This document shows positions 1 to 9,517 of a stretch of DNA of 62,568 bases, piece after piece; positions within the stretch are counted from its first letter, which is position 1; each line of letters begins with the position of its first letter. This DNA comes from a virus (Duplodnaviria > Caudoviricetes). The stretch is taken from positions 1 through 62,568 of IMG/VR virus record IMGVR_UViG_3300044953_000267, one strand, 5' to 3'. A program made the position numbers and the translations under genes. The notes under the pieces are model-generated. The model saw only the letters and a list, made by a program, of their open reading frames with translations, had not been told where the DNA came from and did no database searches.

Positions 1-445
1 TGGCATTTGTTGCCCACGAAGCTGTGTTTACGTTAGTAGCCCAACTAGAGGTTTGTGCCCAGCTACTTGTACCAAAAAATAAACTTGCAGTGATAACACT
101 TGCACTAATATTACTTGCAGTTAAATTAGTAACTGTATAACTTAATCCGCTATTTAAAGCATGTGCTGTTGTGGCATTTGTTGCCCAACTTGCTGTTCCT
201 ATTAAATTTCCATAAATATCTGCTTCACCAACCCAAATACCGGATGCACTTACAGTTCCACTTGCACTAATATTACTTGCAGTGATATTAGAAGTACCAA
301 TTAAAGTTCCAGCTCGATCAGTAACAAGAAAGAGATTACTACCGGTAATTTGACGTTCTATAAATGCAAATTGACCATTTGACAATGAACTTCCGCTCGT
401 TTGTGCAATAACGATCATTGATGCAGTTAAATTAGGATATGGCAT
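1..445 (-). CDS. Tail fibre/virion protein, N-terminal part (runs off the window), with TASWA/TSSWA repeats
   Basis: Not in ORF track. Manual translation from ATG at 445 gives MPYPNLTASMIVIAQTSGSS...GTASWATNA...GTSSWAQTSSWATNVNTASWATNA, open to base 1; same repeat style as 53436..56626. Confidence 0.7.
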   Translation of the reverse strand, partial: MPYPNLTASMIVIAQTSGSSLSNGQFAFIERQITGSNLFLVTDRAGTLIGTSNITASNISASGTVSASGIWVGEADIYGNLIGTASWATNATTAHALNSGLSYTVTNLTASNISASVITASLFFGTSSWAQTSSWATNVNTASWATNA

Positions 446-505
446 ACGTTAAAGAGTTTATATTTCTATAATAAATAGAAAAAAAAAATAATAAAAATAA
501 TAAAT

Positions 506-1675
506 TTATTCAAAATCAGATATAGATTGTCTTCTCCAACGACCTCCTACGTATATATAATGATAATCACCATCATACGCCATCCAACCTTCTTCACCCG
601 GACTAGTTGGACTTGCTGGCGGATCATGCCAAATGCTACAACAAGCACTTCCACTTGATGGTGTAAGAGTTTGTTGAATTAAAGCGGCATAACTTGTACG
701 TATTTTTGTTAAAACTTTGCCTCCTTCAGTTGTTGATTTTTCAGTAACAATAGAAGGTTCAGGAAATCTCCATGTTGTATTATCATCTACAACTGGATTT
801 ATATTATAATAAGGATTTGATTTATTATAATACGAATTGACTTTAACATCTTTATTTACAGCTTGCATTTGTGCTGAATTTACTACTTCACCTGTTATAC
901 TTATTTTTCTAGGAGTCAACATTTTTTGTACAGTAGACTTTCTATCTTCAAAACTTTCAGGTAAAAGATATGCAAAAACACTTAAACTAAAAGTGGTTCT
1001 TACCATTCTATCTTTATCAGTAGAAACTTCAACTGTATGAGTATAATCATTTATACTAACTCTGAATTTAAATCTTTGTTGATCTCCCCAATAATCTTCG
1101 CTTGCAAAATTTATTTTTTCTAAAATTTTGTTCATTTGCTCTAAATACTCTGCCCATACCATGAATTCGTATTCAACTTTAACATGATCTGGTAATGTGA
1201 TAGCAAATATTTGATTAACAGGAGCAACTGTGTCATTTAATAAACTAAATTTATCATATTTATTTTTTTCTGAAAACTTGGCCATTACTGGATATGTCAA
1301 ATAACGATTGAACGTTTGTAAATCTTGATTTTTACTAAATGAATTTCTTTTAAACATTAATGCGGGTAATTGAATCTTACCAGTTTGATCTCTAAAAAAT
1401 CCATCGGTTTGCACAGCTTTCCAACGTTCAGGATTTCCATATATAATAGGAACTTTTACATTTTGACCAGAGTCAACAACACTTGGATTAATTATAGTTT
1501 GTAAATATTCCATTATTGTCGTATCGATATCAATCAACGTGACCGTGAAATCCTTTTTCTTATCTTGATCTCTACGAACATCCAATGCCGTATTTTGTGT
1601 ATTTTTAAAATACGGATTTTCCTTATTTTTATTTTCGTTAGAAGGAACTGGATTATTTTTATCTCCTTGCCACAT
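506..1675 (-). CDS. Tail sheath stabilizer/tail completion protein (T4 gp15-like)
   Basis: KVPIIYGNPERW...IQLPALMF motif; position after neck genes; extra C-terminal module. Confidence 0.7.
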   Translation of the reverse strand: MWQGDKNNPVPSNENKNKENPYFKNTQNTALDVRRDQDKKKDFTVTLIDIDTTIMEYLQTIINPSVVDSGQNVKVPIIYGNPERWKAVQTDGFFRDQTGKIQLPALMFKRNSFSKNQDLQTFNRYLTYPVMAKFSEKNKYDKFSLLNDTVAPVNQIFAITLPDHVKVEYEFMVWAEYLEQMNKILEKINFASEDYWGDQQRFKFRVSINDYTHTVEVSTDKDRMVRTTFSLSVFAYLLPESFEDRKSTVQKMLTPRKISITGEVVNSAQMQAVNKDVKVNSYYNKSNPYYNINPVVDDNTTWRFPEPSIVTEKSTTEGGKVLTKIRTSYAALIQQTLTPSSGSACCSIWHDPPASPTSPGEEGWMAYDGDYHYIYVGGRWRRQSISDFE

Positions 1676-1681
1676 ATATTT

Positions 1682-2149
1682 TTATCTTTCTACAAGATTA
1701 ATTTTACTGAGACGGCTATAATGAGTATTACAAATAATGCTATGACTTTTATCAGCTTGACCACCTAATAATTGTTCTTGTATTACATTATTAATTTCGT
1801 GATATCTATTATTAAATAAAATTAAATCTCCAACTTGTGGATAATAATTTGCATCTTTACAAGTATTTTCTCTAAATCTAAATACAACACTTTGATCTCT
1901 ATCTGGTCCAAATCCTTCATCATCGGTAGATGGATCGTTTCGTTCAATTAAACAACTCAATTCAACACCATCATAAAAAGTTTTGCCTTCTTCAGGAGAA
2001 CTTTCTCCATATATGTTTGTTTGTGTTGTATCAGCAGCAATTTTAAAACAAACAGCTAATGTTTGAATAATATTTCTAGTCAATTCAGCATTAATTGAAT
2101 TGATAAAAATTAAATCACGTTCACTATAATATCTTCCAAATAAACTCAT
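1682..2149 (-). CDS. Neck/head-closure protein (T4 gp14-like)
   Basis: TNIYGE and YPQVGDLI motifs; synteny between gp13-like and gp15-like genes. Confidence 0.6.
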   Translation of the reverse strand: MSLFGRYYSERDLIFINSINAELTRNIIQTLAVCFKIAADTTQTNIYGESSPEEGKTFYDGVELSCLIERNDPSTDDEGFGPDRDQSVVFRFRENTCKDANYYPQVGDLILFNNRYHEINNVIQEQLLGGQADKSHSIICNTHYSRLSKINLVER

Positions 2150-2167
2150 AAATATAAATATAATATA

Positions 2168-3196
2168 TTATTTTTTATATTGATTTATTACATCCAGTAC
2201 TATTGCAGGAGAATCTGTTTCTTTAATTCTATATAATGGTATATTATATTTTTTAGCAATTTCATTTTTATGAATATCATTATAATATGATTCTTTTTTA
2301 AAATTATATTTACATTCTTCTAATGTTTGTTTATGCCAAAAATCTCCATCAAATTCCAATAAAATATCATAATCTATTAAATATGCATCAAACAATTTAT
2401 AATTCAATTCATATTGTTTTTTATATTTGATATTATTATCATCAAGAAATTTATATATTTTTATTTCTAACGAAGTTTCTCCATTGTGTTTAAATATTTT
2501 TTCAAATCCCTTTTTTGATGCACTTAATAAATGTTCTCTCCATTTACATTCGTCTTTTTCTTTAACTTTTTTCCAAATATTTCCAACAACTATTTTTCTT
2601 TCTGGATGTTCTTCCCAATATTTTTTCTTTGCGATTGAAATTTTTTTATTTCTTTGCGGAGTGTATATTTTATTTTTAATATCAGGGTTATTTATAAATT
2701 TTAATCTAGCAGAATTTGATTGTTTTTCGATTGTTTCTTGAGATTTAGGTTTACGTACTGCATTTAAATGATTCTGTTTTACATCTTCTCTTTTCATTGC
2801 GATTTTTGTCAAAATAGAAATTTTTTTTCTATTATTTAAATCAGAAAAATATTTTTTTACAAATTTAGAATGAGTATGACTATGTTCATTCGTTTTTGAA
2901 TAATGCTCTACTCCATATTTATTCATAATTGTCTGTTTAGCTTTGTTTCTAGCATCAGTAGTGTTCATCAATTTTCTAGAACAAGCACGACTGCATGTTG
3001 GCGCATATCCAATCGATAAATTTATGTATTTTGTTGTTTGTTTACATATTTTACATAATATGTTTTCTTTTTTAATAAACTTATTATAATAATATTCAGA
3101 TTGAGTTTTGTGTTCTTTTATCAAATGTGTTCCTAAACTCTTAAAATTTTTACATTCACGTTGACAAAGTTGGCATGTTAATTGAGATAAAATCAT
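2168..3196 (-). CDS. Free-standing homing endonuclease, Vsr/DUF559-like PD-(D/E)XK C-terminal domain, with N-terminal zinc fingers and NUMOD-like segments
   Basis: CxxC..H..H finger, KYGVEH repeat unit, C-terminal FDAYL..LLEFDGDFWH...D..KN..A...RI. Confidence 0.75.
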   Translation of the reverse strand: MILSQLTCQLCQRECKNFKSLGTHLIKEHKTQSEYYYNKFIKKENILCKICKQTTKYINLSIGYAPTCSRACSRKLMNTTDARNKAKQTIMNKYGVEHYSKTNEHSHTHSKFVKKYFSDLNNRKKISILTKIAMKREDVKQNHLNAVRKPKSQETIEKQSNSARLKFINNPDIKNKIYTPQRNKKISIAKKKYWEEHPERKIVVGNIWKKVKEKDECKWREHLLSASKKGFEKIFKHNGETSLEIKIYKFLDDNNIKYKKQYELNYKLFDAYLIDYDILLEFDGDFWHKQTLEECKYNFKKESYYNDIHKNEIAKKYNIPLYRIKETDSPAIVLDVINQYKK

Positions 3197-4436
3197 ACAT
3201 GTTAATACATATTAATCCAAACACAAAAACGCCAACATATATAAGTAAAGGGGTTTTTCTAAGTGTTTCTTGTATTTTTTCTGCTTCAGTTGCTTTAGCA
3301 TCTAATTGAGCAGCACGACCACTTGCTTCTAAGTTTTCTCTCAATTGTGTCATGAGAACTTCTTTTTCCGCAGTTGCTTCACTTCTTAGTTCAGCACCAT
3401 CAAGAGTTACTTCTCCACCCGGAATAGGCACTGTATTATATTTCTGTAAAATACGACCTAAAGTTTCTTTACATAAAGCTAAGAAATACTTTTTAATCCA
3501 TTGTTTTCCAACAGCGTTTATACTCTTATAAACTACATTTTGATATGGTGCATTACTATAATCACTTACAACATCATAATTGCTACCACTACTAAATAAA
3601 GATCCAGTTCCAAATTTATCTTTTTCGACTACATATTCAATATAAACAGTATGATCGTAAGTAGGTATTGGAAATATCTTTAATTTATTATTTACAATTT
3701 CAAAACTATATCCACTTTTACGAACTGTATCATTAAATTCAATAGCTTGTCCGCGAAGTAAATCTTCAAAGATAGGAGTCATCAAAAATTGAGTAGCAGG
3801 ACTAAATCCGGCGAATCCCATTTCATTTAATACATTACTATATGACATACCAGTCATACTAAATGGATCGTAAATACGTGCAAATGCAGGAGGAGGACCG
3901 TGAAATACTCTTCTAACTTCAATTCTGTTATTTGATTCAGATATATTACCTATCAATGCTTGTAAATCATATGTTTGTACACTTTGTGTCAAATGTATTC
4001 CGGTTTTCTTAATATTAACATTTCCACCTACACCAACTTCACTGCCATATTGTTTTGATAATTCCACTATATATGGTATACCACTTCCTTTTACATTCAT
4101 ACCAGTAATATTAGGAGCATTTACCACTGGCATGCCTTGTAAATTTAACATATTATTTCTAATATTAAACTGATTTACTTGTGCTCCATATTCAGTAACA
4201 GCTTCTTCAAAACATGCATAAAAATTAACGTCAATCATTTCTATATCAACAATCGGATATCCTAATCTTTTTGCTGCCCAACTTGCTGCTGCTTGACAAT
4301 CAAATTCAAAATATCCTATACTTCCTGTGGCAGCACCTTCGTTCAAATAAAATCCATACGGAACATTAGATGCACTTACTGCTGATCCACTTCCGGGAAA
4401 ACGTACTCTATCTTGGTCTATATTTGCATTTGGCAT
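3156..4436 (-). CDS. Neck protein/head-tail adaptor (T4 gp13-like)
   Basis: RLGYPIVDIE, WIKKYFLALCKE.LG..KY..PIPGGEVTLDG motifs. Confidence 0.8.
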   Translation of the reverse strand: MPNANIDQDRVRFPGSGSAVSASNVPYGFYLNEGAATGSIGYFEFDCQAAASWAAKRLGYPIVDIEMIDVNFYACFEEAVTEYGAQVNQFNIRNNMLNLQGMPVVNAPNITGMNVKGSGIPYIVELSKQYGSEVGVGGNVNIKKTGIHLTQSVQTYDLQALIGNISESNNRIEVRRVFHGPPPAFARIYDPFSMTGMSYSNVLNEMGFAGFSPATQFLMTPIFEDLLRGQAIEFNDTVRKSGYSFEIVNNKLKIFPIPTYDHTVYIEYVVEKDKFGTGSLFSSGSNYDVVSDYSNAPYQNVVYKSINAVGKQWIKKYFLALCKETLGRILQKYNTVPIPGGEVTLDGAELRSEATAEKEVLMTQLRENLEASGRAAQLDAKATEAEKIQETLRKTPLLIYVGVFVFGLICINMYDFISINMPTLST

Positions 4437-4449
4437 ATATTATAAATAG

Positions 4450-4725
4450 TTATTTATTTACTAATTTAGTTATTTTTACAATTAATTTCCCAGTTCCTTT
4501 TATAACACGGTGATATGTTTCTTTCGGTATGAATAATTTTTGTTTTAATAAAATAGGTAATTCATTATCCATTTGAAATAACCAATCTTTATTTTGAACT
4601 ACTTCAACTATTCGATCTTCACGGTCACGATGCCACTCAAGTTCATTACTATCAACATTTTCAGGAAATTCTCGTAAATATTGATTGGCACCCAAATCAA
4701 TTTGTTTAAATGGTAAATTATTCAT
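4450..4725 (-). CDS. Small cupin-fold protein
   Basis: WHRD.EDR...FIPKETYHRVIKG cupin-type His motifs. Confidence 0.55.
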   Translation of the reverse strand: MNNLPFKQIDLGANQYLREFPENVDSNELEWHRDREDRIVEVVQNKDWLFQMDNELPILLKQKLFIPKETYHRVIKGTGKLIVKITKLVNK

Positions 4726-5972
4726 TTAAATATACCTTTTAACCATTCAAGTATTTTTTGCATCCAAGATTTTTTAATCGGTAAAGTAGATATAAATTGA
4801 TTATCTATTAATTTAATTTTAGTTTCATCTACACTATTTCCCCAAAAACAAAGTAATTTTGTACTTTCTTCATGAGAATTAAATTTTTTTCTATATCCTA
4901 ACTGTACTTTATTTTTTGTAATTATTATATTTTCAAATCCGGGATATTTTGCATGATCTACATTCGGAGCATTTACATATCCTATAAAATTAGAAACAAT
5001 AGATGGTTGATACCAATGCCAATAACAATCTCCGATTGAGAGTTCTATATTATTATTAGAAACCTTTAAATTTTTATTAAAACTGATTTTCTCAGTGTTG
5101 TCCCAATGTTGACAGCTTAATTGCAAAAATTGCCAAACATTTTTTGCAACATTATTTTCAATTATAAAATCTATATTTGTCCAACTATCCATGTAAATAC
5201 AAGCACCGTTAAAATTAATAAAAGTATTATCTATAATTTTTGCATTTTTTGTATTTCCTATAGAAATTCCGTGCAATGGACTTTGTTGATTTACAACATC
5301 AAAGTTCATATTTTCAAATATATTACCTTTTACTAAGGTATCAAATCCACCAACAGCAACAACTGTATTTTCCGGAACATGTTTTGTTGTACTATTCGAT
5401 TTTCTTCCCGGCAAAGTAAAATAATTATCTATTATTTGCGTTCCTCTACCATTATTGTTTATTGGTCCAATTATAATTTGAAAACATTCGTGTAAATCTC
5501 TAGAACCCACACCAAAATTTATAAATTTACAACCTTTTACAATATTGCTTTCTCCTCTTATTCTAATGCCCATCAAAGTTGCTGTACTTTTATTATTTTC
5601 ATAATTTCCATCAAACGTTATACCTTCAATTAAATTATCATCACAACTTTCATTCCAATTAGTTGTAACCATTACTACTACGTCCTTTGGTTCATCAAAC
5701 AAATATGCTATATTACAATTATCAATCCATCGTAATATTGTTTTATCTCTACCGGCTCCAATTATTTTAATTTTATGTTTTCTACTCCATCCCCATACAA
5801 TACTACTATCACTCCATACATGACCAAGATGCCAGTTTTTATCGTTTCTTCCTATAATATGTTCACCTTCACTGATATAACATTCACCTGTAACATCAAT
5901 ACACTTATTAATGTATGGCGCAATATTTTCTCCTATTTTATAACCATAAAACTCTGGAGTATTTTCATTCAT
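4722..5972 (-). CDS. Right-handed parallel beta-helix (pectate lyase-like) protein
   Basis: IIGAGRDKTIL, IEGITFDGN, repeated I.DN.F/I.NN.I coils. Confidence 0.7.
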   Translation of the reverse strand: MNENTPEFYGYKIGENIAPYINKCIDVTGECYISEGEHIIGRNDKNWHLGHVWSDSSIVWGWSRKHKIKIIGAGRDKTILRWIDNCNIAYLFDEPKDVVVMVTTNWNESCDDNLIEGITFDGNYENNKSTATLMGIRIRGESNIVKGCKFINFGVGSRDLHECFQIIIGPINNNGRGTQIIDNYFTLPGRKSNSTTKHVPENTVVAVGGFDTLVKGNIFENMNFDVVNQQSPLHGISIGNTKNAKIIDNTFINFNGACIYMDSWTNIDFIIENNVAKNVWQFLQLSCQHWDNTEKISFNKNLKVSNNNIELSIGDCYWHWYQPSIVSNFIGYVNAPNVDHAKYPGFENIIITKNKVQLGYRKKFNSHEESTKLLCFWGNSVDETKIKLIDNQFISTLPIKKSWMQKILEWLKGIFK

Positions 5973-6172
5973 ACTTTTATTTTATCTATAACAGTAATAA
6001 TATTAGAATTATATACAATAAGATGTGTTACATTATCGGTTAATGGTGTTAATTGACCATCATAATATTTTGAAAGTGTTTGCAAGTAAATCTTCGAATC
6101 TGACTTATAAAAATCGTTTGCAATAGTTTGATATGCATCACATGCATATTTATTTTGCAGATAAACATTCAC
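5969..6172 (-). CDS. Hypothetical protein; true 5' end uncertain (possible frameshift from ATG at 6254)
   Basis: Frame stays open upstream to 6235; stop overlaps next start (ATGA). Confidence 0.45.
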   Translation of the reverse strand: MNVYLQNKYACDAYQTIANDFYKSDSKIYLQTLSKYYDGQLTPLTDNVTHLIVYNSNIITVIDKIKV

Positions 6173-6259
6173 CGCAGTTATAAATGCTTTTTTTGGATTT
6201 TCATCAAATTTTCTAATACGTAATCTTTTTCTGGACTACTATTAATTTAATCATATAAT

Positions 6260-6871
6260 TTACCAGTATTTTCCCTTGCTTTTTGTTCCCAAACTACGAA
6301 TTCGATGACTACGGCAACTCCAATATCCTGCTGTTGTACGATCTTTCTTTTGGCTACATTTATGACGAGCAGCAAAACTCTTACGACGAGCTTTACTACT
6401 TGCACGAACACGCATTTTTGGATCACCGAATGTTACCTTTTTAATTTTTCCAGACTTGCTTTTTACATATACTGCAAATTTTTTAGGTCCACCCGGTGTT
6501 CTAAATGGACGATTTAATTTAACATTACGACCACGATGCTTTGCTTCATTGATTAGTTCTTCATCAACATCTTCTTCAATAGGAGCATCCAAATAAACTT
6601 CACGACCTTCATACATTGCAGTTTCACCCAAATCACTTTCAACAATATCTGCATCATATTCATTTAATTCAATCGCATCTTCATTATATAATTTTTTAAT
6701 TTCGTTTACTAAATCAAAATATGCTGTGCTATATTGACGAAATACACATTCTTCTAATGTCAATTTTTTAGTTAGATGATATTTTAAATTTGAACTAACA
6801 GACACCTCTTTAATTAATTTCATAGGTTCTGCTGGATATACAATATTTTCAACAATGTCAGTTAATTTCAT
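6260..6871 (-). CDS. Hypothetical phage protein, acidic N-half and basic C-terminal domain (KKVTFGDP...SFAARHKC...TAGYWSC)
   Basis: Intact ORF, upstream TATTTAT motif, MKLTDIVE leader. Confidence 0.6.
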   Translation of the reverse strand: MKLTDIVENIVYPAEPMKLIKEVSVSSNLKYHLTKKLTLEECVFRQYSTAYFDLVNEIKKLYNEDAIELNEYDADIVESDLGETAMYEGREVYLDAPIEEDVDEELINEAKHRGRNVKLNRPFRTPGGPKKFAVYVKSKSGKIKKVTFGDPKMRVRASSKARRKSFAARHKCSQKKDRTTAGYWSCRSHRIRSLGTKSKGKYW

Positions 6872-6886
6872 ATGATAATAAATAGT

Positions 6887-7633
6887 TTATAATTTTCGTT
6901 TATAATACTTTACTAGTGTTTTACTAACACTATATTTTTCAGATAATTGCTGTAATGTATAATTATTTGATTGTAAATCCACTTTAAATTCAGCTTTTCT
7001 AATCTTAAATGCCGCCTTGCTTTCACTTATACGCTTTTTATCATTGTCACTCATCGCACCACGTTGCTTTCCCTTCAATCCATTGTCATAAGCATAATTC
7101 ATTTTGCGATTTTGTAGTTTTATTCTACGCTCATTATATAATTTATTACCATCCTCTTCTCCATGCTTGTCTACGAACCATTGCAGTGAATAACGACCAA
7201 TTGCTGCTTCTTTTTGCTTTTCAATAGATTCAGGTTTGTGAGTTTTTCCATGCATATGACCTTGATTGTTTGCAATTTTCATTTTTTCTAATATAGCAAT
7301 TTTATCGGAATGGTTTGTGAAATTATCACCGCCACATGCTTTGTCTGAGATATTATAGCCAATTTGGCTTGGTTTAAACATATCAAGATAAAATTGTTTG
7401 CGTTCAAAAAGTTTTGTTTCTTCCACAGTTTTAACTATTGTAAATTCAAATGAATCTTTACCATGATAATTCCATGCATGTTGCAGTTTAGGATTTATAT
7501 GTTCATTTTTTATTAAATCATTTTGATGTTCTCACCATCTTCTATCGAGATTTTTGTAAGATCCAATGTAAAATTTACCGTTGTTTTTATTGGTTATTTT
7601 GTATATTCCGCTATTTTTAGTATTGTCATTCAT
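6887..7633 (-). pseudogene. GIY-YIG homing endonuclease with NUMOD3 domain, interrupted by in-frame TGA (7532-7534)
   Basis: From ATG 7633: MNDNTKNSGIYKITNKNNGKFYIGSYKNLDRRW*EHQNDL...LQHAWNYHG...FERKQFYLD, in frame with track ORF 6887..7426; HGKTHKPESIEK is NUMOD3-like. Confidence 0.85.
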
Positions 7634-7654
7634 AAATTTAATTAGTACATGACT

Positions 7655-7685
7655 ATGTATAGCAGGATTTTAAGGTAAAATCAAT
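7655..7685 (-). promoter_or_regulatory. Sigma70-like promoter upstream of the GIY-YIG gene
   Basis: Minus strand TTGATT-N17-TATACA. Confidence 0.35.
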
Positions 7686-7703
7686 ATATAATAATTAAAA
7701 AGC

Positions 7704-7733
7704 AAAAAACCCCAGCAAATGCTGGGGTTTTTG
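7704..7733. terminator. Intrinsic terminator after the major capsid gene
   Basis: AAAAAACCCCAGC-AAAT-GCTGGGGTTTTT perfect stem with A/T tracts on both sides. Confidence 0.9.
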
Positions 7734-7757
7734 TGTTATTTTAATTTAAATTATGGA

Positions 7758-9467
7758 TTATACTTGGTCGAGATCACCAATATATACTTTTCCATAAAAT
7801 TCGGGACGGATTACCTTCTTAGCATAGCGAGTCAATACACCACGACGTGGAGTAAAGTTGACTGGATCGTATACCATTGGAGTTTGAACGAGTGGGATGT
7901 ATGGAGCGTAAACTGCACCGGTTTCGAGGAAGTTGTTTCCACGGAAACCAACCAAGATTACGTTTTCAACCATATATGGGTTCTTGTAAACTTGGAAGCG
8001 ACTTGCGAAGCTGCCAACACGAGAAACACCCATTGCAAACTTAGCGCTGTCACCATCGGTGTTAACAACATATCCCGGAATAGATTCCAAGATGGTTGCT
8101 ACGTCTGGTGAGCAAACCAAGAAGTTTGCACCACCACGGAGAGTCAATTGGTGAATCTTGTTAGATACCTTTTGAATCTTATTACCAAGAGTTTGGAACC
8201 ATGTGCTCTTGACATATGCTGTCTTGTTAGCAACATCAGTACCAACACTGATTGAACTAACGTTTCCGTTACCATCCAATGAGGTTGTCAATTCACGACC
8301 AACAACTGCGCTCCAAGCTTGAGTTGTTGCTCCCGGAGCAGCACCAATTAACATGTCAAGGATTTCAAGATCGATTTCCATTGAAACGTATTCGCTCAAG
8401 AGAGCGGTCAATTCGGCTTCAGCATCAATACTGTGGTAAGCATTCAAGTCTTGAGCCAATTCTGGGGTCCAGACTGCCTTTAACTTACGGGTCTTAGCAA
8501 CGATTGGTTCGCTCTTAAGTTCCAAGTTAACTTCTGGAATTCCGATTGAATCCAAGCTATCAGTCGATGTCTTGTCTTCGAAGTCACCACGAGTTTGATC
8601 AGTTGGTTGCTTGTTGTAAGTTACAGTGTTTCCACTGAATTGTCCACCCTTAGCACTAATTAAACCAGCAGAAGCACTGAAGAACAATACAATGCTGTAT
8701 TGTGGACTTGAGATACTTCCAGTGTTATATGCTTCGTTGAATTCATTCAAGTTAGTATAAGCACTTGCGCTTGCGATAGTGAATGAACGAACTGCATTCA
8801 AGTCTGCGTTGAAAATTGCAGAAGCATTTGGGTTACCAGCACCAGAAGTATTGTCACCCAATACAACAGTTGCTTTGTAAATTCTTGCGGCAGCAACACT
8901 TGCGCTATAATCAATATTATTATTAACATCACTATAAGAAGCAGTGTTAATAGTTAATGTTGCACTTGAAGTAGTGAATGTCAATGCACTTGAAGTAGCA
9001 TTGTTGATAGTATATCCATAACGTCCTACTCCGTAAAGACCTCCACTTGCAGCGTCGGTAGAACCAAGTTTCTTATCAGTACCACCGAACAATGATGTTC
9101 CGGAAGTAAATGGAGCCTTAGTTGTACCATACTTGAAGTCTAAATAGAAGATAAGACCGCTTGGAAGATTCATTGGTTGTACACTAACGAATTCCTTAGC
9201 ACTGATTTCAGCAAATACACGGCGAACCAATGGAAGAGCTACGCCAGCCCATTGTTCACTGTTTGCTGAAGTACCAGTTGCGGTAGCTTCATCAAGCAAT
9301 TGTTTTGCTTGGTTTTCGAGCATGATAGACATATTTGCCTTCTCAACACCTTGAAGACCTTCAAGAAGACCAGTCTTATCCCACTTTGATTGCAATCCAC
9401 GAGTTTCAGCCATTAATCTGGCTTGTGGATTCATATTATTTGTCAATAATGATTTAATATCACTCAT
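7758..9467 (-). CDS. Major capsid protein (T4 gp23-like)
   Basis: LPLVRRVF, VSVQPMNLPSGLIFYL, AKTRKLKAVWTPELAQDL.AYHSIDAEAEL, YAPYIPL, FTPRRGVLTRY. Confidence 0.97.
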   Translation of the reverse strand: MSDIKSLLTNNMNPQARLMAETRGLQSKWDKTGLLEGLQGVEKANMSIMLENQAKQLLDEATATGTSANSEQWAGVALPLVRRVFAEISAKEFVSVQPMNLPSGLIFYLDFKYGTTKAPFTSGTSLFGGTDKKLGSTDAASGGLYGVGRYGYTINNATSSALTFTTSSATLTINTASYSDVNNNIDYSASVAAARIYKATVVLGDNTSGAGNPNASAIFNADLNAVRSFTIASASAYTNLNEFNEAYNTGSISSPQYSIVLFFSASAGLISAKGGQFSGNTVTYNKQPTDQTRGDFEDKTSTDSLDSIGIPEVNLELKSEPIVAKTRKLKAVWTPELAQDLNAYHSIDAEAELTALLSEYVSMEIDLEILDMLIGAAPGATTQAWSAVVGRELTTSLDGNGNVSSISVGTDVANKTAYVKSTWFQTLGNKIQKVSNKIHQLTLRGGANFLVCSPDVATILESIPGYVVNTDGDSAKFAMGVSRVGSFASRFQVYKNPYMVENVILVGFRGNNFLETGAVYAPYIPLVQTPMVYDPVNFTPRRGVLTRYAKKVIRPEFYGKVYIGDLDQV

Positions 9468-9517
9468 ATTGTATGTTTCCTGTTTTATTTATTTGTTTGG
9501 TTTGCTCACCGTTAAAA

